Virus record (IMG/VR): IMGVR_UViG_3300037466_003757
Coordinates: 54,680 to 118,679 of that record
DNA: 64,000 bases
Direction: 5' to 3' (one strand)
Source: a virus
Lineage: Duplodnaviria > Heunggongvirae > Uroviricota > Caudoviricetes
Shown: positions 10,310-20,004 of the stretch, one piece after another
Layout of the letters: every line of letters starts with the position of its first letter
How positions within the stretch are numbered: position 1 is the first letter of the stretch
Translations under genes and position numbers: made by a program
The notes under the pieces: model-generated
What the model saw: the letters and a program-made list of their open reading frames with translations, nothing else
Told to the model about the DNA's origin: nothing
Databases searched by the model: none

Positions 10310-10599
10310 GTACTTCGCCCAGCCGCTCGTACGCCGTTGTGCGAGTGGCGGGCGATCGTTCCGCATGGTCGTCCGTTTTGAACGGTGCATTGACGCAGCA
10401 ACAGCATCGTGACGTGGCGGACTCGATCGCGAACGTACTCGACGGACTTCACTACGCGACACCGGACGATGCCGCTGTGAAAATCGTACAAACACTGCTG
10501 GACGAGGGATATTGTCTGGACGAAATGTGGAAAAAGAAACATTATCGTCCACACCCAATCTTCGATGACGCTTCTACCGAAGAAAAAGAGCCTGAATGA
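10306..10599 (+). CDS. hypothetical protein
   Basis: MSTSPSRSY... start inside the 10201 ORF; AAGG-type RBS. Confidence 0.45.
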   Translation: MSTSPSRSYAVVRVAGDRSAWSSVLNGALTQQQHRDVADSIANVLDGLHYATPDDAAVKIVQTLLDEGYCLDEMWKKKHYRPHPIFDDASTEEKEPE

Positions 10600-10805
10600 A
10601 AACTAGCAAGTACGGCGTATTGGCACTGCTGATCGCGATTGGACTCGTCGTACTCGTGACTATAGCCATATGGTTCTCCGACGATACCGAAGATGCTGAG
10701 TCATTGGTCATGTTCGGTTTGACGCTCGTCGGTGTGTGTTTTGTCGCATTGGCATTCGCGATATCACTCGGCAATAAAGACAATGACGAGAAAGATGACA
10801 AGTGA
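10596..10805 (+). CDS. small membrane protein
   Basis: 69 aa, two TM helices. Confidence 0.5.
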   Translation: MKTSKYGVLALLIAIGLVVLVTIAIWFSDDTEDAESLVMFGLTLVGVCFVALAFAISLGNKDNDEKDDK

Positions 10806-11248
10806 AATACGACTATCGCGATCGTGATACGTTGTTTCGTGTCGCTGTCGCAGCATCCACCGTTGGTTGCACCATCGGCACCGCGGTCAAATTTCGCGAC
10901 TTTACGCAATCGATCGGTCCGGATACTCAGATTTCGACCATATTCTGGCGTGCGGGTTTCGCCCTCACCTTTTTGTTGTTCACGATCGCGGGAATACTGG
11001 TGCTGGTCGCCACACGTTCCGCGCAATATCGTGAATCCGATGGCGACGACTTCGCATCTTTGTTCGGAGGTCACGACATGAGTTCACGTATCATTCGCTG
11101 CAGTGTCAACGGCTGCACCAAGATCGCGACTCTGGACATGACCGACGACGGTTGCCTCAGTCTCGTGAACGCGACAGGTTGGGAGTTCGGTCGCGACGAG
11201 ACATCCAAGTGGACCTGCCCGGAACACTCCATCGCTCCGGCGATCTGA
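10802..11248 (+). CDS. membrane protein with C-terminal zinc ribbon
   Basis: TM segments plus a CSVNGC...CPEH motif. Confidence 0.5.
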   Translation: MKYDYRDRDTLFRVAVAASTVGCTIGTAVKFRDFTQSIGPDTQISTIFWRAGFALTFLLFTIAGILVLVATRSAQYRESDGDDFASLFGGHDMSSRIIRCSVNGCTKIATLDMTDDGCLSLVNATGWEFGRDETSKWTCPEHSIAPAI

Positions 11249-11274
11249 AGTCGTCAAGAACTTTCACGAAACCA

Positions 11275-11303
11275 TTTACATACCCGTCTTAAAGCGATAC
11301 CAT
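11275..11303 (+). promoter_or_regulatory. sigma-A-type promoter TTTACA-N17-TACCAT
   Basis: Conserved family member. Confidence 0.55.
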
Positions 11304-11309
11304 AGCAAC

Positions 11310-11720
11310 ATGGCGCTTTACGACAGGAACCCGGAAAAGACCCCGGATGAGCGCCTCTGTGGCATCAAACGACCCGTTCCGAAGAAGGGTTGGGCGACCG
11401 AAGAAGAGGCAGAGCTCGCTCTCCGAAGAATTCACTGGGAGAACCGGAACGCAATCGACTTCGCCGCGAACACGGCGACTCGACAGCATCGGCATCCCAA
11501 TCAAACAAACAGAGACCGTTATTTCGGTGGACGCGTCGCGCCCGTCACGTATTACAAGTGCGACGATTGCGATCTCTGGCATCTCACGACCCGCTTGACC
11601 GCCGACAATCCGAGACGATTGAAAAACGCCCGTCTCGGAGCGTGGGATCCGCCTCCGGACCTCCGGAGTCTTCGCACAACGTCTCCAACGTCCGTTGGGG
11701 CGAGTCAGGAAAGGAACTGA
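11310..11720 (+). CDS. hypothetical protein (CxxC pair)
   Basis: 136 aa; overlapping frame 11390 is Arg-rich. Confidence 0.45.
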   Translation: MALYDRNPEKTPDERLCGIKRPVPKKGWATEEEAELALRRIHWENRNAIDFAANTATRQHRHPNQTNRDRYFGGRVAPVTYYKCDDCDLWHLTTRLTADNPRRLKNARLGAWDPPPDLRSLRTTSPTSVGASQERN

Positions 11721-11797
11721 ACAGCAATGGAGCTGTCGCTCTACGATGTGATCTTGGAGTGGCTGTGGAAGCACGCGCCCCGTGGCGGGAGGCCGAT

Positions 11798-12313
11798 GTG
11801 ACCGCGGACATCGATCCGGGTGAGCCGGAAACGGAACGGTACAAAACCACGTCTGTTCTCGCGGTCGAAAACGATTTGATCAATCTCGGACTTCCGGCTG
11901 ACACGATCAACCGGATCTTCGAAATCCTGGACGATCACAGTTGGCGACCGCGGACACGTTTCGCAGCACGCGGTCCGTACAAGATTCACTGCGTCTGGAC
12001 TCCTGACGGATACAAGGTCGACACGCGCATCGTGGAGATCGAGGTACCGGCGAACCGGATTCCGTCGGACACCAGTCTTCTGCAGGGCGAATGGACGATC
12101 AGTCCGTTGTTGCGGGAACTGGCGCCCGCTACGCGCGAGATCGCCAAACTGTATGCGACACTGTCGGCGATCGTAAAGGCGGATCCGAATCTCTGGGACG
12201 GATCACCAATCGGCGAACGTAAGGTCATCGACACTTACGGCGACGCCGGACGCAAATTGCGTGAAGCGTTTCTCAACATCCATTCATCCACCGACATCAA
12301 GGACTCGGAGTGA
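11798..12313 (+). CDS. hypothetical protein
   Basis: GTG start, with a GGGAGG RBS 5 nt upstream; the upstream part of the 11390 ORF looks non-coding. Confidence 0.45.
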   Translation: MTADIDPGEPETERYKTTSVLAVENDLINLGLPADTINRIFEILDDHSWRPRTRFAARGPYKIHCVWTPDGYKVDTRIVEIEVPANRIPSDTSLLQGEWTISPLLRELAPATREIAKLYATLSAIVKADPNLWDGSPIGERKVIDTYGDAGRKLREAFLNIHSSTDIKDSE

Positions 12314-12609
12314 ATCTTTTCGGACTTTTCGATCGTCAAAGTAAACACGTTCGCGTAGTCTCCGTTTTCCTGGAGAATCCGCATTCGTTACATCACGCCG
12401 ACGATGTCATGCAGAAGGCGCACGTCGGATCTGGATTCTTCTATCAGTGGGCGGCGGACGCCGAAGACAAGGGCTGGATTCGTAAGGGTCACGATGCGCC
12501 CGAGGAAGAGAACAAACCGTCGCCGGTGCACTATAGACTGACCGAACTCGGTCAGGAGATTCTGACGGCGGAATGCGATTGCGACTGCGGTCACGATCAT
12601 GCCGTTTAG
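12310..12609 (+). CDS. hypothetical protein
   Basis: 99 aa. Confidence 0.45.
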   Translation: MNLFGLFDRQSKHVRVVSVFLENPHSLHHADDVMQKAHVGSGFFYQWAADAEDKGWIRKGHDAPEEENKPSPVHYRLTELGQEILTAECDCDCGHDHAV

Positions 12610-12877
12610 CGGTACCGGCTCTGTTCAAGAGCCGGTTCTGTCCCTGCTTACAGACGAACGACCACGTACGCTCCGCGAGATTCGCGTCGAATTGAACAAA
12701 TACGGTTTCAATCGTCATCAGATACAGAAGGCGTTGACCGGCATGTACGGCAGTCAACTGGTGGATCGCGACGGAGTACCGTTTCAATATTGGATTACCA
12801 AGGCCGGTCACGTTCGTCTGGATCAGCACAAAACATGGCTGGAACTTCGCGGATCGGATGAAGAATTTGAGCGATAA
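12599..12877 (+). CDS. hypothetical protein (possible wHTH)
   Basis: 92 aa. Confidence 0.45.
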   Translation: MPFSGTGSVQEPVLSLLTDERPRTLREIRVELNKYGFNRHQIQKALTGMYGSQLVDRDGVPFQYWITKAGHVRLDQHKTWLELRGSDEEFER

Positions 12878-13067
12878 ACGCGACAAACGCGCATATTACG
12901 CGCACTGGTCACCGCACGATCGTCAATGGGTCGGTACGTGTTCCGATTATTCGTATCTGTCGTGGCTGGACGATATTCCGTCTGGTGCGTTATTCGGTAT
13001 CAAACTTCTGTCCGACGAAGCCGACGCCGATCTCGAACTGGAAGCCCAAGACCTTCTCGACAACTGA
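12858..13067 (+). CDS. hypothetical protein
   Basis: 69 aa. Confidence 0.4.
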   Translation: MKNLSDKRDKRAYYAHWSPHDRQWVGTCSDYSYLSWLDDIPSGALFGIKLLSDEADADLELEAQDLLDN

Positions 13068-13107
13068 CAATCGAAACGTACAACAGAAATGACAAGGAGA
13101 ACCGAAG

Positions 13108-14122
13108 AATGACACGACAGAGCGAATTGATGGCGCCCGTCACCCACGTCGCGCTCGTGATCGACGAGAGCGCAAGTATGGGCCGGCATCGGGAAACCGT
13201 CGTGAAGGTGGTGGATTCTCAGATCACGTATCTCGCCCAACGATCGCGGGATCTCGATCAGGAAACCCGTATTACGGTTTACGTGTTCGGATCCCGGGAC
13301 CGAAATCGTTGTTTGGTTTACGACAAGGACGTGCTGCGTATGCCGTCGATCGCCAAGCTGTATCGACCGTCCGGTATGACCGCGTTGATGGACGCCACCG
13401 CTCTGATGCTGAACGATCTGGCGATGACGCCGACCAAATACGGCGATCACAGCTTTTTGGCGTTCGTGATCACGGACGGTTTGGAAAATAATAGCTTGAT
13501 CTCTCGAACCGATTTCCGGGACAAGGTATCCGCATTGCCGGAGACCTGGACCCTCGGTATTCTGGTTCCGGACGCTATGGGCATTCACGAGGCGAAGTCG
13601 CTCGGATTTCATCCCGGCAATATCTCGATTTGGTCCACGACATCGAGCACCGGTGTCGAGGAGGTCGGCGAATCCATTCGTCGCGCGACCGATACGCACA
13701 TGACCACGATCTCGAAGGGTCTGCGTCCGGACGGACGATCGTTGTTCGTCGCCGACGTGGATCCCAAGGAGATCTCGAGCGTTTTGACTCCGCTCACGTC
13801 GGGTTCGTATCAGCTTCTCGACGTCAAGGAGGATTCGCGCGCCGACGATTTCTCGCGATTGTACGCCAATCGATTCGTACTCGGACAGGTATTTTACCAG
13901 CTCGGTGACAAGTCGGTCAAGATCCAACCGCAGAAGGAAATCGCGATCTTGAAGGACGGAAAGGTTTTCATGGGTCGCGCGGCTCGCGATATGCTCGGTT
14001 TGCCCTCCGATAAGGAGGTGCGTGTACGTGCCGGTCAGCACAAGAACTACACGATCCTGGTGCAGAGTACAGCGCCAAACAGGAAACTGCTGGCGGGTAC
14101 CAAGGCGCTCATTCTCCGTTGA
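13108..14122 (+). CDS. von Willebrand factor A (vWA) domain protein
   Basis: Start at MTRQSEL... with an AAGGAGAA RBS; MIDAS motif VIDESASMG. Confidence 0.6.
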
Positions 14123-14406
14123 CCGATATGAGCGACGACAATTATCGGAAAAAGACCGAGCAGGGACGATGGCGTACCGCCGATATCATCGGCAGCAGTC
14201 CACGTACGTGCTGGACCGATTTGTGCTGGTGGGTCATCAACGGTTACACCGAAGATCACGGTTTCGAGGATGTGGGTATGCCGGAAGTCGACGGATTCAA
14301 GGCACGTCAGTGTCGGCAAGACTCGCTCGACGTCAACGACTCGTCGTGCTATTGCGGTAAGTTCCGTAACGGACGCGTACAACCGCGAACGGATACGACG
14401 CTGTGA
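14119..14406 (+). CDS. hypothetical protein
   Basis: 95 aa. Confidence 0.4.
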   Translation: MTDMSDDNYRKKTEQGRWRTADIIGSSPRTCWTDLCWWVINGYTEDHGFEDVGMPEVDGFKARQCRQDSLDVNDSSCYCGKFRNGRVQPRTDTTL

Positions 14407-15218
14407 GTGATCTGCGTCGTTTCGCTGAGGATCTCGTGAATACGATCGCCGATGACGAGAAATTCATGAACGATAAATGGCCGATCGTTCCGTCGGGCGT
14501 CAAGCCACCCGGTTTCGTATCCGGTGCGAATCGGCTCGGTTGTGTCACGATCCACGCGACCGTGGACATGAGGGCTGTTGTTCAGTCGCTCAGCGAACGG
14601 TGGTCGATTCACGAAGCGAACGACGCAGATCCAACGGGGGATATAACTTCGACGCTTCTAAGCCACAGGAGCGATGGAGAAGGGCATTGTGTATGCGGCA
14701 ACGACGAATGGGCAAGTGAGTCGTGGTCTGAGGCATATGCGTCGCATTTGGCAAGCGCGATAGTTGCCCAGCTGGGTAAGGTGACAGGTCCGACAATGAC
14801 GTCGGGCACGAGACAGGAGATACGACAAATGAATGACAACGAATGCGTGTACGTTCCTCTGAGCGACGCGAACAGCCGCGAGGATCTGTACGGCAGCATT
14901 CCCTGGGTGTCGCTTCTTCCGCGGCATCCGGAACGCAAATGCACCGCTTATCGCTCCGGACGACCGTTGTACGCAACGTTCCTCACCCGTCGTGAGGAGA
15001 TCACTGGTCAGCGTGATCCGGAACTCGAGAAGCGGCGCAAGGAAATCAACGAAAAGTATGCCTGTCAAGGACGCGCCAAGTGGGTCTACGTCCATTTGGA
15101 CGGTAACGTGTCCTTCTTCTGTACGTCGCATCTCAGCGCAAGCGGATTCGAAGGTTCGCGCGAGGACTACGATCGCTTCGAAACGTGGCTCAATCGACAT
15201 GTGCTCAAGGAATTCTGA
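14403..15218 (+). CDS. hypothetical protein
   Basis: 271 aa. Confidence 0.5.
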   Translation: MSDLRRFAEDLVNTIADDEKFMNDKWPIVPSGVKPPGFVSGANRLGCVTIHATVDMRAVVQSLSERWSIHEANDADPTGDITSTLLSHRSDGEGHCVCGNDEWASESWSEAYASHLASAIVAQLGKVTGPTMTSGTRQEIRQMNDNECVYVPLSDANSREDLYGSIPWVSLLPRHPERKCTAYRSGRPLYATFLTRREEITGQRDPELEKRRKEINEKYACQGRAKWVYVHLDGNVSFFCTSHLSASGFEGSREDYDRFETWLNRHVLKEF

Positions 15219-15577
15219 TGAACGGTCGAAATTATCATCAACGTCTTGCGGTTGCTGAGGACACGGTCAATGTTCTCGAATACCGTATCAAACGAATGAG
15301 ACGAACGATGATGTGGACCATTTTCGGAACCGTCGGTCAAATCGGTGTCGCGTTTTTCTTTCTCGAGCTGGCGAATCATTATAATATTCCCGGTGCAACA
15401 CGAACACCTGCTAGTGTGGGATGGAGCGCGTTCGCATTCGGTGTCACCGTGCTCATCATCGCGTTTTCGATGACGTGGATCTGTATTCGATTCAGACAAC
15501 TCGATCATCTCGACATCGAACGTTTCGAAGCGTCAATAGCACGTGATCGCATTCTGCTTGAACGTACGTTTGACTGA
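15218..15577 (+). CDS. membrane protein
   Basis: MNGRNYH... start inside the 15185 ORF; TM helices. Confidence 0.4.
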   Translation: MNGRNYHQRLAVAEDTVNVLEYRIKRMRRTMMWTIFGTVGQIGVAFFFLELANHYNIPGATRTPASVGWSAFAFGVTVLIIAFSMTWICIRFRQLDHLDIERFEASIARDRILLERTFD

Positions 15578-15609
15578 GACACGACACGCGTGATACGCCG
15601 ACGACAGCT

Positions 15610-16125
15610 ATGACACAAGATCCGCCGCAAAGCGTAAAAGCAGCGCGGCGGGTCTTCTCGTATACCGAGCGGTACGTTCTAGGATACGCCAGGACGCGCG
15701 AAACTGCAGGTTTTTTTGTGAGTACGTATTTACGAGATACGACATTCGTGATATATTCAGACGTATCGCGGCGAAACCCCGCCGCAGACGTCGACACACA
15801 ACAGAACAGGTCGCAGACCGTCATGAGTATCCAGGACTATCCAAAGGCCGGTATCATGAGTCGGTTCAGAACCGACGATCGACTTCTCGACGCAAAGCTG
15901 GTCACGGTGGATTTACCGATGATTCGCGGCGAGAACTGGAGCGTGAGGGTCACACCGAGGGGTCATCGTATCCCCGCTGTGGCGTACGGATTTCGCGACT
16001 ATCGTCTCGGAGTTCGTTTGACGGAAGCAATCAACGCGGGCGTCGCGTTTCATGACAACGACCCTCACAAACCGTTGTTCAACATGACCACTCTCGCCCG
16101 AGATCTGGACAGATTGGGGTATTGA
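15610..16125 (+). CDS. hypothetical protein
   Basis: 171 aa. Confidence 0.45.
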   Translation: MTQDPPQSVKAARRVFSYTERYVLGYARTRETAGFFVSTYLRDTTFVIYSDVSRRNPAADVDTQQNRSQTVMSIQDYPKAGIMSRFRTDDRLLDAKLVTVDLPMIRGENWSVRVTPRGHRIPAVAYGFRDYRLGVRLTEAINAGVAFHDNDPHKPLFNMTTLARDLDRLGY

Positions 16126-16340
16126 TCATGCAGTGGAATGGTTGGGATGGCGGAACTGTCACCGTTTTCAATTATACAGACGCCGTCATGGACGGCAAGT
16201 CGCTCGTTGGACTGCGTGTCACCACCGTTTCCACAGAAACCGACGCTCCAGACAAGTCCGTTTTCATTTTGCTCACCACAGAGCAACTGATTCAAATCGC
16301 TATGCACGCCGCGATCGGCGACAAACTCTCCGGACTGTGA
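16122..16340 (+). CDS. hypothetical protein
   Basis: 72 aa. Confidence 0.4.
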   Translation: MIMQWNGWDGGTVTVFNYTDAVMDGKSLVGLRVTTVSTETDAPDKSVFILLTTEQLIQIAMHAAIGDKLSGL

Positions 16341-16379
16341 TTCGGTTCGGTCGATACTGACAAAAGGATATCGGGAGTC

Positions 16380-17057
16380 ATGGCTCTCCACGAAAAAATC
16401 ACCGAAAACTATTGGCACGGCGCGGATTTGAGGCATCCGTGGGCGAAGATGCGTGTGCCACGTCTTCGTTCGTATTGGGCAGAAGCTAATTTCGAAGCGG
16501 CAGTCGTCGTTAGTCTCAGCGACGAATTGTGGGGTCATCTCGAAGTGATCGAACCCACCGAAGCTGAAGGTCGAGCAATCGCATCGTTCATCGAATACAA
16601 GATGACGTATTACAACGAGGGCTGGGCCGCGAAGATGCGGGAGAAGCCGTTCGATACGGACGACACGACAAATCCGTTTCTTCTGTACAAGACCGCCAAG
16701 GGATGGCGTTACCGACTTTGCTCGTGGAAACTGTCGGAACTCAGTCAGAAGACGTGGTCGCCCGATTTGCGAGGTCTGACCGATTTGCTGATGGAAGTCA
16801 ACGTCTACGGACGTTTTCCGGAATGGGCGGCCAGTCACGCAGATATTTTCGCAGCCGATAATACGTCCGACGGCGTCACAATCGCTGATCTTCCCGAAGA
16901 ATTGTCGACGTTTGCAGTCCCACCAGGGACGACATTCGGACCCGATTACGTGCGAGAATGTCGTAACAAGGCAAACGCACGCGCTGAAGAGCGGCGACGA
17001 TTGACGGATACAGTGCTCACGGCGCTCTCGGCTCAAAACCAGGAGGCTAAGGCGTGA
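16380..17057 (+). CDS. hypothetical protein
   Basis: 225 aa. Confidence 0.5.
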   Translation: MALHEKITENYWHGADLRHPWAKMRVPRLRSYWAEANFEAAVVVSLSDELWGHLEVIEPTEAEGRAIASFIEYKMTYYNEGWAAKMREKPFDTDDTTNPFLLYKTAKGWRYRLCSWKLSELSQKTWSPDLRGLTDLLMEVNVYGRFPEWAASHADIFAADNTSDGVTIADLPEELSTFAVPPGTTFGPDYVRECRNKANARAEERRRLTDTVLTALSAQNQEAKA

Positions 17058-17226
17058 GCGAGGTACCCCGTGTAGGCGTTTTCATCAATGTGGAAACCGA
17101 TAACTCCACCGTTGTGACGGTCGTGGCAGAGGCGTTTCGGCAATTGGGATCCACGCTTCTCACCGTCGCGGATATCGGCGATACGACAGTTACGATGACG
17201 ATCGGCGACGAAAAAGTGGAGCTTCA

Positions 17227-17520
17227 GTGAAAATTTTCGGCAAGCACGGAAATGATCAGGAACTTTCGACGTTCGTTCCTCTCGATTGGGAGACGTTGAC
17301 CGGATGTATACATCCGAAACCCACCCTCGATGACGTAACGGTCGTCGGCGAAGGTTACGTTCCGATTGGCGCGGTTTGTGATAGTTGCAATCATCTCGCG
17401 GGACGTCATTCCGGTATTCGTTGCGCATGGAACATCTGTGAATGCGAAGGATTCGAATGGGACGGCAAGAAATGGATCGTTCCGGAAATGGAGACCAGTC
17501 ACGAGAAACAGCGTATCTAA
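17227..17520 (+). CDS. zinc-finger protein
   Basis: CDSCNH...CAWNICEC cluster. Confidence 0.45.
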   Translation: MKIFGKHGNDQELSTFVPLDWETLTGCIHPKPTLDDVTVVGEGYVPIGAVCDSCNHLAGRHSGIRCAWNICECEGFEWDGKKWIVPEMETSHEKQRI

Positions 17521-17547
17521 ACGCGTATAAGACGATCTAATAGATTC

Positions 17548-17577
17548 GGGACGAAAACCATTCGTCCCGTTTCTGTG
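17548..17577. terminator. intrinsic terminator on the plus strand
   Basis: Hairpin GGGACGAA-AACCA-TTCGTCCC followed by GTTTCTGTG. Confidence 0.55.
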
Positions 17578-17666
17578 AACGTCCAGAGGCGTCATGGCGT
17601 ACGTTATGACGTTACAGACGAAGTACGAACGACACAGACGATGAAGAAAGAGACAGTAGACACCGA

Positions 17667-19274
17667 ATGACTGATATGGACGAAATCATGGCCAAACTGC
17701 CTCCGGCTGCGCTACGTCCCCCGGGACCGTTGCCGTCGCAGTTGCCACCCTCGAGACGAGGAATGGTCGTTCCGGACGCGTTCGAGACCGACAATGAACC
17801 CGATATCGAGGATTGGTTTCAAGGTATAAGTAAATCGACGCCTCCCGCAGTCGCCGAACAGATCAAATTTCCCAGTGTTCTCGGTGGTTCGTATTCGTTC
17901 AATGACGACGTGCCGCAAGCGTTCAAGATCGCTCAGTCGGCCGGTGGAATGATGGGCAGCGTTCTCGCTCTTCGCAATGCGATGAAGAACGGCAGCGGAA
18001 CCAACAAGTTGATGGCTGCCATCACGTTCGTCAATGCGGGATTCGAGACGTACGGTCGCGGACGTGAAATCTATCGGGCGATCAAAAACTGGCGTGAAGA
18101 GCGAACCGCGCCGGACCGGTGGCATCTCGTCATCAAGTCGGACAGCGATCTCTATGCGCTCGCACTCAGTACGTTGCACGATTTGCGTGTCGATGACGAC
18201 GACAGCCGAATCCGTGACTGGATTCTGTCGGAGAACAACGACAACGAGCTGATCACGGAACACAACGTGGACCGTCCGTTCACCGCGTATATCGACGGTC
18301 ACGAAGTCGTGTTCCGGAATTCCAAAAAGGAACCCGATCATCTCAAAGGTGCCGGTGGTAGCGATTACGACGAATACGAGATGGCTCCGGGTTACCGGAA
18401 TGGATGGTCCACGATTCACGAACTGCACGTCTATCTGCGAAGCGCCGAGGGATTCGCCGCGTTCCAGACCAAAATGCAGGAGATTCTGAACGCTCAGAAA
18501 CGCGCGAGTCGCCGACCTCCGGAGATTTACGTATTCAGCAGTTGGGGTTGGGATCGTACGTCGACTCCGTTGCGTCCGTTGCGGACAGTCGTTCTCGATG
18601 CCGGATTGAAGGACTCGATCATCACGGACGTTCAGCGATTCCTGGACTCCGAAATGGACTACGTCGTTCGCGGTATTCCGTGGCATCGCGGTTTGATGTT
18701 CTACGGTCCGCCGGGAACCGGTAAGACTTCGTTGGCCAAGGCGTTGGCGGAGCACTTCGGTATCGACACGTTCTTCTTGACTCTCGACAGCATCAAGTCC
18801 GATCAGCAGCTGTTCGAACGGGTACGGGACATCAAACAGAAGTCGATTCTCGTACTGGAGGATATCGATTCGACGTTCGCGGCCAACGATCGGAACACGC
18901 GCGGATCGTCCGACAAGGAAACCGGTATCAGCAGTCAGGCGCTGCTCAGCGTTCTCGACGGACCGCATACTCCGCACGGTACGATCATCATTTTGACCAC
19001 CAATTATCCAGATCACCTCGATCCCGCGATCGTCCGTCCGGGACGGGTCGACTTGAAGATCAAGCTCGATTGGTGCACGTCGGCGCAGGCGAACGAGTTG
19101 TATCGGACCTTTTACGAGCGCGAGCCCAAAAAGACGTTCACGATCGCCGAGGGCGTCGAAGTTTCGACTGCAGACGTCACCGAGCTGTTCAAACAGCGTC
19201 TTTATGAACCGGAAGACGCGGAAAGCGCGCTCCATGCGCTTCTGAGCGACGGAAAGCGCACTGACGCTTCGTAA
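17667..19274 (+). CDS. AAA+ ATPase (Bcs1/FtsH-like module at the C-terminus)
   Basis: Walker A GPPGTGKT, Walker B ILVLEDID, SRH and PGRVD motifs; ~300-aa N-terminal region unknown. Confidence 0.75.
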   Translation: MTDMDEIMAKLPPAALRPPGPLPSQLPPSRRGMVVPDAFETDNEPDIEDWFQGISKSTPPAVAEQIKFPSVLGGSYSFNDDVPQAFKIAQSAGGMMGSVLALRNAMKNGSGTNKLMAAITFVNAGFETYGRGREIYRAIKNWREERTAPDRWHLVIKSDSDLYALALSTLHDLRVDDDDSRIRDWILSENNDNELITEHNVDRPFTAYIDGHEVVFRNSKKEPDHLKGAGGSDYDEYEMAPGYRNGWSTIHELHVYLRSAEGFAAFQTKMQEILNAQKRASRRPPEIYVFSSWGWDRTSTPLRPLRTVVLDAGLKDSIITDVQRFLDSEMDYVVRGIPWHRGLMFYGPPGTGKTSLAKALAEHFGIDTFFLTLDSIKSDQQLFERVRDIKQKSILVLEDIDSTFAANDRNTRGSSDKETGISSQALLSVLDGPHTPHGTIIILTTNYPDHLDPAIVRPGRVDLKIKLDWCTSAQANELYRTFYEREPKKTFTIAEGVEVSTADVTELFKQRLYEPEDAESALHALLSDGKRTDAS

Positions 19275-19344
19275 CCCTTCAAAACGTTGATAGCGCGTCA
19301 GGATCGATTCTGGCGCGCTATTTTCGTGGGAATTTCCGTTATGA

Positions 19345-19373
19345 TTTACACGTTATAGCTTTCGTGGTACCAT
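19345..19373 (+). promoter_or_regulatory. sigma-A-type promoter TTTACA-N17-TACCAT
   Basis: Conserved family member. Confidence 0.55.
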
Positions 19374-19402
19374 AGACGTACCGAACGGAGAACGAGAAAA
19401 AT

Positions 19403-19437
19403 ATGGACGATCTGGACGATCTGGACGATCTGGACGA
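19403..19437 (+). repeat. tandem 9-mer GACGATCTG x3 (encodes DDLDDLDDL in a possible 41-aa acidic ORF 19403-19528)
   Basis: Direct repeat downstream of the promoter at 19345. Confidence 0.45.
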
Positions 19438-19524
19438 ATACGATGCCGACGAGCTCTATCGCAAAGAACGTGCCCTATACGGCGATGACGACGATTATCA
19501 AAAATACGAAAATCAGGGGCCATC

Positions 19525-19947
19525 ATGACCAGAAAGTACTACGACGAGTCCAAATGGACACCGCTCATGAAGCTGGCCGTCGACTCGCTCATCGCGCGGA
19601 AGCGTCTGGGCGAAAATCAGTGGTCGTTCGACTCCGACTCGAACACGACCCGCGCGCTGCGTAAGCTCGAAAATCTCGGCGTTGTCTATATGGACAGCGG
19701 TATCCTGGAAAAGACGTTCGATGTCGCGTTGACCGGTCAATATTGGGACTCGATCAAAGACAACTACAACGCACCGATCTTCAAGGGCGGCGAACGTCAG
19801 TTCGGTGTCAAGATTTTTCTCGACGGCGAGTTTCCGATCGTGGAAATGTCGTTGGAAAAAGCGTTGAAGGTCGCCAGGAAGCTTCAAGAATCCGTCTACG
19901 TTCGTGACACGACGGCGTGGCGAAAGACTCTCCGCTCTGATCTCTGA
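19525..19947 (+). CDS. hypothetical protein
   Basis: 140 aa. Confidence 0.5.
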   Translation: MTRKYYDESKWTPLMKLAVDSLIARKRLGENQWSFDSDSNTTRALRKLENLGVVYMDSGILEKTFDVALTGQYWDSIKDNYNAPIFKGGERQFGVKIFLDGEFPIVEMSLEKALKVARKLQESVYVRDTTAWRKTLRSDL

Positions 19948-20004
19948 CCGTACGCACGAAAATGCCCCAGCATCATCGGAATGCCGGGGCATTTTCTGTA
20001 TGAA

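Noticed and set aside
11390-11797. N-terminal 136 codons of the 307-aa ORF 11390-12313
   Set aside because: Extremely Arg-rich and overlaps the plausible gene 11310-11720 in another frame; a GTG start at 11798 with a GGGAGG RBS is preferred.
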